Part shown: positions 53,968 to 64,000 of the stretch, piece by piece | Position numbering within the stretch: the first letter of the stretch is position 1 | Layout of the letters: each line of letters opens with the position of its first letter | Source of the DNA: Octopus sinensis | Lineage: Eukaryota | NCBI RefSeq assembly: GCF_006345805.1 | Contig: NC_043004.1 | Coordinates: 44,082,001 to 44,146,000, forward strand | DNA length: 64,000 nucleotides | Direction: 5' to 3' | Program-made: the position numbers and the translations under genes | Notes under the pieces: generated by a model | What the model was told of the DNA's origin: nothing | Database searches by the model: none | What the model saw: the letters and a program-made list of their open reading frames with translations, nothing else

Positions 53968-54514
53968 TGCCTAGAATATCTGTATACCAAGTAACACGCC
54001 ATCATGGCATATGACTGGCTGAACGCTAAATCGATTAACGGGCTTTCGAGGTATTTGCGCAAAAATGCGTGCATTAATGAGAGCTTTTGTGCTAATTAAG
54101 CAATTAAAATATCTAAGCACAACACAGCAGATATATTTATCCAGTGTAAATACCTAAATGCATAATCCGAAAATAACTATGTAAATACAAGATATACATA
54201 TATATATATATAGATATATATATAATATATATATATATAGTATATATATATATATATATAATATATATATATATAAGATTATATATATATATATATATAT
54301 AATATATATATATATATACATATATTATACATATATATATACATATATATACATATTTATATACATACATATCTTTATATATATATATATATATATGTTT
54401 GTGTGTGTGTGCTCTGTGTGTGTATCTGTGTTTGTTTGTGTCTAGGCTGTGTATTTGTGTATGCGTTATGTTTGTAGACCGATGTGTATATTTCAGTGTG
54501 TACCTATGGAGATG

Positions 54515-55150
54515 TATATATAGATGATATCGCAAGCACCATCAAACACAGCAAAATAGAAATATTCGCAGATGATTCCAAACTCTAGAAATTTACCGAT
54601 GGAGATGATCGAAATAAACTCCAGTCGAATCTACATTCTGCAAGCAAATGGGCGGTCAAAACCAACGTTCTGTTAAGAGGGAAAATTTGAAATCATATTC
54701 TGTGAGGAAAAAATATGCTTGAACAACCACATTTTCTTCTTTCAGGATAACTACTTCAAGAGTAATTTTTTACATCGAACTCAACTGGATTGTTCGCATT
54801 TACAATAAAGCGGATTTTACTCGCAGAATAAACTCCTGTATCTTCACAGCTTTCCAGTCCAGAGAGGAAAATATCGTCATTCTACTCTTCTCATTAGTGC
54901 TGCCACGCCTAGAAGATTGCTGTCCCCTGTAATTTTCTCAAACCAAACAAAACATGGAGATTTGGTTCATTGCAGAGTACAATCACTTAAAAGACAAAAG
55001 GCTTGACTGGTCTTGATTATTGTGATCACCTTAAACCACTGAAGATTTATCCTCTCCTGCAGAGCCGTGAGCAGTACGTCATTTGCCCGATATTGATAAT
55101 ATACCACCAGCATTTTTCAAATGTTCTTAATATCAGATTCATTCATAATT
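54515..55150 (+). mobile_element. Decayed CR1/L2-group RT fragment
   Basis: YIDDIASTIKHSKIEIFADDSKL, LQSNL..SKWA, LVLPRLEDCCPL, LDYCDHLKPLKIYPL. Confidence 0.8.
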
Positions 55151-55997
55151 ACAAGAGATAACTCTGTACTTTATTAGGCAATACCTAGTGTACTTCATTA
55201 ACTCAATACCTAATGTGCTGAACCAAATATAATTTAGTTCAATATTACATTTAATTGAAATAATTTTTATTTAGTAGTAGTCAGCCTAACTGATGCTTAT
55301 GTGTTTTTCAAAAGAAACAGAAAGTTCTTTTGGATTCAAATAATATGCCATACGGCTCTGTCTTCCTTACTTTAGACATTAAATGCTAAATACATTTTCA
55401 TAAGGTATTTTTATCCCAGTATTCAACACTAATATTTGAAAACATCTTGACCTTTCTGGACTGTGAAATTTGCCTGAAGGTAACAATCATGAGAATCTTC
55501 ATGGTCCTCTTATCTTAAGTCAATACGTTTATAGAAGTGTTTGAAATATCAACAGAACATTTGAGCTCTAATGAGAAGAATTTGGGTGATAACTACCATT
55601 AATTAATCGTAATTTGTTAATTAATTGGTTGTGTATACTCATAAAAATAATTTGTATATGGTGAATACAGTTACACGAGCATTTTCGAAATATGTAAACG
55701 AATAAAGTTGTGTAAGAATATAACTTCCTTCTTCGTCTTATTAATGTTATTCTGCGTGATTAGTGTATCAACTGGATTTACAGTAACTTTGTTAATCTGA
55801 CAAGCAGGTTCACCATACATTGTATTTAATCTTAATGGGTTACTGTACTTTGCAACAACAATTCTGTGAGCCAAGTTCCTCTCGTAGGTTGGATTTCTAC
55901 AATCATGATTTTTATATATATACAGAGAGGGAGAGAGAGATACTCTACTCGCACACATACATATATTATATTATATATATTATATTATATATATATA

Positions 55998-56324
55998 TGT
56001 ACTCAAAAAGTAAAACAGACGAAATGCCACTGAGCATTTTCCCCAGCGTGCTAATGATTTTGCCGGCTCGCTTTCCTCAGTGATGATCAATATTCAACTT
56101 AGATTACATGTGTAAACAACATAGTTCTTAAGTGAACGTGTCTTGCTTACAACCTAAACATATATGTGTTTAGAGTGTGGAGTTAACTATAAGTAACTTT
56201 TGTTTTCATTCTCTTTGGATTTACTTCCGTTTTTGGTGGTTTCGGTTTGGCTGCCCTTTCTAACATATAAGGCACCCTGTACATATACATACACACACAC
56301 ACACATACACACACACACACACAC

Positions 56325-56395
<71 letters not shown>

Positions 56396-56688
56396 ATGTA
56401 TATGTACAGGGTGCCTTATATGTTAGAAAGGGCAGCCAAACCGAAACCACCAAAAACGGAAGTAAATCCAAAGAGAATGAAAACAAAAGTTACTTATAGT
56501 TAACTCCACACTCTAAACACATATATGTTTAGGTTGTAAGCAAGACACGTTCACTTAAGAACTATGTTGTTTACACATGTAATCTAAGTTGAATATTGAT
56601 CATCACAGAGGAAAGCGAGCCGGCAAAATCATTAGCACGCTGGGGAAAATGCTCAGTGGCATTTCGTCTGTTTTACTTTTTGAGTACA
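55998..56688. repeat. Near-perfect ~690-bp palindrome centred on a CA/TA/TG microsatellite
   Basis: 55998-~56302 is the reverse complement of ~56384-56688, with one mismatch seen (cctcagtg vs cctctgtg). Confidence 0.96.
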
Positions 56689-56746
56689 AATTTCGCTAAT
56701 TTCGACTTTGTTTTTCGTCTTTTCGAGATCGATAAAATAAGTACCT
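56610..56746 (+). mobile_element. Diverged OR-type SINE; its 5' part lies within the palindrome arm
   Basis: gcgagccggcaaaatcattagcacgctgggg...gagtacaaatttcgc...tcgataaaataagtacc. Confidence 0.75.
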
Positions 56747-57625
56747 GTTGATCTCCTTCCTCAAAATTGTTTTCCTCGAGACCAATGTCAGTAAGATATA
56801 AATATATGGTAAAAGTATACACAAACGCAAGTAAATATACATAAGCAAAAATTTTATTCTTGATAGCTAAGCGAGCCATAATGATTCATATTTCAGGATT
56901 CGCACTCACTTTATTGATTCGTAAGAATAAAGTCAGCATATGAATAAAGAAATATATTTAAGTATAGAAATAGACGAACATATTTAGCATTTTCAATAAT
57001 TTACTTCTAAATGGAAACATGAAATTATTTGTAAAATTCATTAGCTGAGAGCATGGTGTTGTATATTAACAAATACCACAAAGACTAAATTGAGCATCTA
57101 ATTATTCGTAATGGCATACCGGATAACTGAAACAGGGATGCCCGTTGGGAACATATTTGCGATTCAGCTATTTACATTCATCTAATGAAATCCTTTCTCA
57201 TTTGTTCCGAAATATAATTATCAGTTTTCTTTACTTGAAGACAATTTTGAACTTAATATGTAATCTACATCACAAACTCGTTTTACAAGATATTTCAATC
57301 TTATGTTTAGTCCTCCGACAATTTAACGTGTCAAGTCACGTAAAGAAATATCAGCAGAAATGAATTGCACAGGTTAATTATGGGATCATATTCATAACCG
57401 TGAAAATAAATATAAATCAAACACAATGCATAAATTTATTTGTTTTTTACGTTCTCCTACTTGTATCCGAAGTATTACTCCGACGCAGTAAAAGTATTCA
57501 AGCTGAGACTGTGTAATCCTCAGCTGTCACTTCCACTCACACAAACCTATGAACAAAAGAGTTCTATATGAGATCACTCAACTTAAAATAAAAAATTCAG
57601 ACATAGGATATGTAGAATAAAATCA

Positions 57626-58068
57626 GGATATTTTCGATTTGAACGGCAGTTTTTAACATGATTTCTAGGTAACTAAAACATTTTAAACTTCGTATACTGG
57701 TAGAATGTGCTTATAAAACATCTTTTTTTCTCTTGGCTTTATTGAGAAAATTCTATAGTTTATAAGATATTTGTTAATTTTTTCTTCAATTTCTGCAATT
57801 TCAACCAATCACTGACTTCTATTGAGGTAAAAAAACATTCTGTCCCGTTTGAAAATCTCCCTCGTTTAAGAAACAGATTGGGTTTATTTACATTTGTGAA
57901 GAAAATAAGATACCCTTCCCCCACCCCTAACCCTAACCCTAGCTAACCCTAACTCACCCTAACCCTAAAACAGATTGATATGCAATAGATCGATTCTACG
58001 GTCATGATTATGGGTGACAATTTCATATGACACCGCTAGAAAAAACTGCCGTTCAAACCGAAAAGATC
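57626..58068 (-). mobile_element. TTAGGG-bearing Merlin-like MITE
   Basis: Both TIRs present (slightly mutated); CCCTAA block 57925-57967; only aatca of the TSD is shared. Confidence 0.9.
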
Positions 58069-59273
58069 TAATCATTTTTATCCAGAATGAGAAAATTCGT
58101 TGTCTTCGTCAGCAATTTGTCTTTTCCGTATGTTAAGCTCTGCGGTATTTTGTATGATTTATGATTTAGACTGTAGCTGAGATGTTTCAGATTCAACTGC
58201 TATGTTCAACAGGTCGAGCCATCTCCCGCATACACTGATGTTGCTTCGAAATGCACAGATATACATACATATACGCACGTATACACCCACGTGTTTAGCT
58301 TCTTCCATCCAGTCTCGAGAAATTAACTAACACGCAGGCAGATTTACGTGTTACAAAAACAAAGGTAAAAAAAAAAATGAAATATTGATTTCTTTTCCCA
58401 GGCGCAAAGCCATTAATTTCAAGTCAAAGCATAGAATGACGAAAGTAAATATCTCAAGGGATTTAACGAAAGCACTTTTTCGTTCTTGCCAAATTGCCGC
58501 TTTCAAGTAAGACAATTTTCAAATTACGCTTAAATGTTTCTATTTTTATTTCATATTGTAGGATTTTATTTAATTTTTTTAGACATCATTTGCCTTTTCG
58601 TCAGTTGAATCCAATTATCAGTTATTAAATTAAAGGTTGCCTTGATATTTCATTCCCTCAATATTGATGATTCCAGTCGGATCCTGATGAGGAAAAATGT
58701 ATACATGAAAAACAAATGGGTAAAAACAAAAGGAAAAAAAATACTCAAGCAAAGCATGAAAAAATGAAGCAAACTCGAAGTTATAAAAGAACATCCGAAT
58801 TATAGTAAAAACAAACAACATTAAATATAGTTATGAGTCATAAATTTGTTTTAGTATGCTTTAACATATAATGCTATGTTTTGGAATTCTACCGAGTGCA
58901 ATGTATACTAACGCAAACAAATATGTTCCAACATATTGTTCCATGTGGCATGTAGACACACACACACAGAAAAACACACACAGACAAACAAGCACACAAA
59001 CACACAAAACAGACACATAAACAAGCACACAGACAAACAAGTACACAAATACCTGAGACCTCAGGACGTTTAATTAAAACGAAATTTATGCAAATCTCTG
59101 AAAGGACTTCATTAATTCCGATTATATTGCATTAACAGGTAAGGTGGTTAACTGACGGGATTGTTAGCACACCGAGTACAATGATTAACGCCATTTCATC
59201 CGTTTTTAAGTTCTGATTTCAAAGTCCGTCGTATATATATTATATATATATATATATACATACATACACACAC

Positions 59274-59306
<33 letters not shown>

Positions 59307-59528
59307 TATCTATATATATATGAGTGTGTGTGTGTGTAAGTTTGTATGTCTGTGTTCAAATTTGTATGTGTTCAAATCCCCGTAAGTTAGTGGCTCGGCA
59401 AAGGGAACCAACAGAATAAGCACAAAGCTTGCAAAGAATAAGTCCTGGTGTCGATTTGCTCGACTAAATGCTCCAGTACAGCCGTAGTGAAATGATTGAA
59501 AAGTAAAAGAAGAAAAAATATGAATGTA

Positions 59529-60436
59529 GTGGGTCATCCAATAAATAAAGCGGTCTTCCAATATTTGTTTAATTTTTCAAAATTACAATAAAGTTCTTTT
59601 TTAATCCAAAATATACTCTCCATCATTTTCTACAATGGTCTTCCATGTATCTGGGAGAGTTGCAAGGCTCCTCTTCTAAATTTCACTTGTCTGTGACGAA
59701 AAATACCCCTCCACCAATGTTCTGAACTCCTGTAGAGCATTCATATTTTTTCCTTCCAATTGATTTTGAAAACCGCGAAATGTGATAAAGCAAAGTCCGG
59801 CGATTATGGTGGGTGGGGCATTGTTTCTCATTGAAACTGCTCCAACCTTTGGAATGTCATACTCGCTGTATGTGGCCGAGCATTATCCTGATGGAAGAAC
59901 ACATTTTGTCTTTAAACCAAATATGGTCGCTTTTCTTCTAGTGCTTACTTAAATGATCTTTTGAATTATCAAATCCAAGCTACTGTTAGTTCCTCAGTAG
60001 TTACGATAGGATTTTGTTCCATCAGATTTTGAAGGACGTCCTCGTCGGGCTCTACAGATCTTCCAGGACGCGACTCGTTTCCTAGAATGTAGTTTCCGGC
60101 TCGGAATTTCAGGAGCTACCGTCGACAGTGTCTTACGCTTATAATCTAATCCCCATATACTGCATTAATATTCCGCGCACTTTCCGTTACGTTGCTGCCT
60201 TTGTTAAAATCATAGAGCAACATAAGCCGAATATGTTCTTTTGCCACTTCCATTATAGCTCCGAAAAAATAACTGTTAAAATCGAACTGCACTCTTCAAA
60301 ATTTGCACTAAGAATAAGTACAAGGTAAAGTTACTCCCTACTTTTATACCAAATTTATGCAGGTAGTGTATCCCGTCCCCCTCTGACTATTAGTTCGTGC
60401 AAATTGAAAAACCGCATTATTTATGGGATGACCCAA
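59529..60436 (-). mobile_element. Internally deleted mariner (DD34D) element with both TIRs
   Basis: TA-flanked TIRs (g/t)tgggtcatcc.ataaataa.gcggt; minus MEVAKEHIRLMLLYDFNKG..ARNINAVYG, VFFHQDNARPHTA, PHPP*SPDFA, LPDTWKTIVENDGEYILD*. Confidence 0.88.
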
Positions 60437-60929
60437 TATGTATATATATATATATATATTTGTATGTATATATATGTGTATGTAAGTACGTATACAGACA
60501 GAGGGAGAGGGAGAGATTGTGGGTGCGTGTATATACAATGTATGTGAGTAGCTGTGTAGTGTTTAGACAATATAATCATGCGTGTGTGTGTGTGTATGTG
60601 TGTGTCGGTCTGTGTCTGTGAGTGAATGGTTTTTTTTTTGGTGAAGTGTTTTGAATGGTGTGCATGCTTGAGTGTATTCCTTCAAAGGGAGAAATACGGA
60701 GAGAAACAGGGCTGTATATGAAGAGTGAATGTGTGTGATGGAAACAAGGTTTGTTTGTATCATATTTTATCGGTTTTATTTACATGATGTCTGAAATATG
60801 TTTCAGGTGACTGAATGTCAGCAAAGTTTCTAAGTAGGTACAAAATAAATAGAAATATATGAATTGCATCATGAAACAAATAAATATTTATCAATATTCA
60901 ACATATTACTGAAATCATTATAAACGTGG

Positions 60930-61310
60930 TTCTGTCTTCTCATAGCGCAACTACCGACTACTAAATCCTCAGCTGGTCCAAACTTTGCGTGAGGTTTGGG
61001 TAAACAGAAACTGATAGAAGCCCGTCGATTAGGCAGGCATAAGTGTGTGTGTCTGTTTATGTGTGCGTGAGTGTGTGTTTGTGGGTATGTATGTATATCT
61101 CAGTATGTGTCTATGTGTTTGTTCTATACTAACGCTCGACAACCGGTGTGGGTGTGCACACGTCCCCGTACAGAAGCGGTTCAGCTAAAGAGCTCGATAA
61201 AATAAAGACTTCGCTCCGAGAAAGTCAAGTACTGGATGGATTCGCCCGACTAAAACTCCCAAGGTGGTGCCCTTGCAAGATTGCAGGGATTGAATGAAAT
61301 AAGTTAAAGA
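60930..61310 (+). mobile_element. Old diverged OK-type SINE
   Basis: gaaactgatagaagcccgtcg, cgctcgacaaccggtgtgggtgtg, aaggtggtgccc. Confidence 0.65.
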
Positions 61311-61397
61311 TAAACGATAAGTACATTTCCAGTAAATATGCATACGTACATATAGATACGTATATACATGCATATATATATATATATATAATATATA

Positions 61398-61428
<31 letters not shown>

Positions 61429-61678
61429 TATTATATTAAATTAGAGATAAAACCACTATTAGGCAAATCATACAATGAAAAACTTAAGCCAATACATAAG
61501 ATTATTTAATTTATATTATTAAATATATAACAAAATTATTAAAAAAATATAATTAATTATAATTTTTAATAATTGTTTATATATTCAAATAATATAAATT
61601 AATAATCGTATGTATTGGCTTAAGTTTTTCATTGTATTATTTGCCTAATAGTGGTTTTATCTCTAATTTAATATAATA
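61429..61678. repeat. ~250-bp AT-rich imperfect palindrome without spacer
   Basis: aaattagagataaaaccactattaggcaaat.atacaatgaaaaacttaagccaatacata mirrored around ataattaattat (~61555). Confidence 0.92.
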
Positions 61679-61777
61679 TAATATTTTACTATAAATTTGG
61701 ATTCAAACCTAAATCTGATTTTTCCCTGTAAGTTTGGATTTATTCCCTAATATTTATTATTTATGTATATATATATA

Positions 61778-61834
<57 letters not shown>

Positions 61835-62119
61835 CTGTATATATCCAAGCACGTACTTAAAGCTATGTATGTCATGAATACATATATCTGTTTATACTTA
61901 TATATATATTACACTTATCTTATGGGCTAATCTACGGTTCTATAGATTTTGCATATATTATTCTTAAACAAGAATATTATTGGCCGTGGCTTAGAATGTT
62001 CAAGCAGCTAAGCCACGTAAGCCTTATATGTGGGGGAATGTATTTGTTGTTATTGACTTTTGTGTGGTGACTGAGTAGTTTTGTAGGTCGAGTTCTGACT
62101 GGATTTGCCTGTGATTGCT

Positions 62120-62230
62120 TCATGATATGCAAGACTTGCATGGTGTGGATGTGGGTTTCTTTAAAAATAAACTGGATTTCTTCTTGTCGGGGTCCCAGAT
62201 GAACCTACCTCTCGGTAGGAGACAAAGATA
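62120..62230 (+). mobile_element. CR1/L2-group LINE ORF2 C-terminal fragment
   Basis: DLHGVDVGFFKNKLDFFLS/GVPDEPTSR; homologous to 8610-8700. Confidence 0.7.
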
Positions 62231-62284
62231 CACTAAAATGTAAGACGTTCTGAGAAAACCATTGTATTCCTTTGAATTCCGGCC

Positions 62285-62640
62285 TCAACGCCTCCGTTTG
62301 AATCTAAGCGACTGTTTGTTATGGGCTTTGCTACCTGTCATTTCAAGTACCAACAACTGATGTTTTTGTTCAAAGACATTGGCCCGTATCAGGAAATCCG
62401 AATTTTTCCGAAGCAAAACAACAACTTGACCCTCCGCCCAAGACTCCGGTCGATTTCGATATGTGTGTATCTCATAGATACCAAATATGGGCATGAAAGC
62501 TCGTGTCTTGAAAATTCTTTTTTCACTAATTGCTACTAAGTGTATACCCAGTAACTTGAGGTCGTACAAACTCTGGACCTCGTTCAAAGGTGAAACAATT
62601 CACGAGCATTTATACTGCCTATTTAATGACGGCCATGTTA
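62285..62640 (-). mobile_element. Tx1/L1-type AP-endonuclease N-terminal remnant
   Basis: LYDLKLLGIHLVAISEKR...PIFGIYE...GQVVVLLRKNSDFLIRANVFEQKHQLLVLEM resembles APE motifs (DI..I.ET; GGV..L; D..GR..++). Confidence 0.6.
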
Positions 62641-62690
62641 GACAGAAGAAGAGTGGGAACGGGCTACTTGGTTCATTACTGTTCACGGAC

Positions 62691-62784
<94 letters not shown>

Positions 62785-64000
62785 TGTATGTGTGTGTGTG
62801 TGTGCGTGTGTGTTTATTTGTTGATATTCCCATGAAAATCGACTACTGTCCAGAATATTTACTTGTTAAAATGGTGTATGTATTTTTAATATATTCCCGT
62901 TGCTTATGTATCAGTATGCTTCTCATCGACAAGATTAGTATATTATGAACGATGCATCATATGGTTAACTATGTGACTCGTCATGTTTTTCTTGTTTCTG
63001 TCTATCGTCCTTCAGTTAATGATTTTATTTTTGTTCGCATTGAGGATTCTTTGACTCTGTGTGTCTGGGAATATGGGTGTGCTAGTGTTTGCAGTATTGG
63101 GCGTAACTTTGATGGAGGTTATGTTAGTTGTTATAATGGTACTCATAATACCTAACTAGAAGATTATCTTCATGAAACGCAGCTCAAAAGCATGTCTTCC
63201 AAACATTTACCATATTTTTGTTAGCATGTTTTACACTTTTCCTTTAGTAATTTTCTAAGATTAATGCCCTCCCGATCACCTCCACCTCTCGAAGTTTCAT
63301 TTGCCAGAGAAAGAAATTGTTTGTCTTTTAGTTGTTGTGACTTTGTTTTATTGTTTATTTTTTGCTGTTTTAATACTTGTTGTTGCTTTTGTTTCAGGTT
63401 ATGATAGTCCGGCCCACGTTGCTATCATTCAGGGTTTATTTTTACATATTCTTACTTCCAATATTACTGGTTTTGCCAAGGTTGTTAGTGTTTCTTCATT
63501 CTAGTCGGTACTACAGTCTATATTGCTCCAGCTGGACGATGTTGGTACTGTATATACTGCTGCTGTTGTTGTTGCTAAAATGTTGTTTTGGTGAAAGTGA
63601 GGGAGATCATCTTTTCAATTATTACTTTCTTGGGGGCAAAAAGCCATAAAGTGATAAATGTATCCACAGACGTATTTCGACTTGTCTCCTTAGGTTCCTG
63701 TAGCCCTTAGTGTCTACATTAAGTCGGAAATCCTGTCCAATGTCAGCGGTTTCAAACGTAGCCCGACCGCAAGCCATTTATTTCGCTTGGTAACATTTTT
63801 GGGAAATATTATTTCTCTCGAAGTGTACTAGATAACGCCAGTACCCTATACTTTCTAAGTGAACTAGAAAGTGTTCCTTGTGGTTAGTTCAGAATATTTC
63901 CGGTATCTTTCTCCGTTCCTGAGAGATTGGCATTCTTGTAAATATTTCACTTCTAAAAGGTCGAATTTTCCAATTGCCAATTGTTTGAATATAGCCCAAA

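Noticed and set aside
56187-56499. Two opposite-strand ORFs with identical N- and C-termini
   Set aside because: A consequence of the palindrome
62850-64000. Possible decayed Penelope ORF on the minus strand (PSKLRPIL); similar weak hints at 42200-42750 and 48780-49000
   Set aside because: Only isolated short motifs; boundaries and identity cannot be supported without a profile search

Overview
AT-rich, repeat-dense eukaryotic DNA, most consistent with an Octopus (cephalopod) genome. This is inferred from the tRNA-derived SINE types and the very high TA/CA/ATT microsatellite load; no database was consulted. No intact host protein-coding gene, RNA gene or CRISPR array can be supported. Nearly all ORFs in the track are microsatellite read-through, antisense SINE sequence or decayed transposon ORFs. 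The window is a nested mobile-element graveyard: several SINE families; CR1/L2-type, Tx1/L1-type, HERO and Dong/R4 non-LTR fragments; Penelope-like (PLE) RT and GIY-YIG fragments plus many short PLE-type termini with minimal hammerhead-like motifs; Tc1/mariner remnants; a non-autonomous Helitron; and seven copies of a GG-terminated MITE with ~8-bp TSDs that carries TTAGGG repeats. Most interesting: (i) a ~1.8-kb ORF1-only Tx1/L1-like element whose 3' tail is shared with a SINE and with a tail-only insertion, (ii) the telomere-repeat-bearing Merlin-like MITE, (iii) recurrent local fold-back duplications next to (TA)n tracts, including a near-perfect ~690-bp palindrome, and (iv) hammerhead-like PLE termini lodged in (TA)n. 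A weak cluster of minus-strand splice donors at 12-15.7 kb may mark 5' exons of a host gene. Novelty cannot be established from sequence alone.
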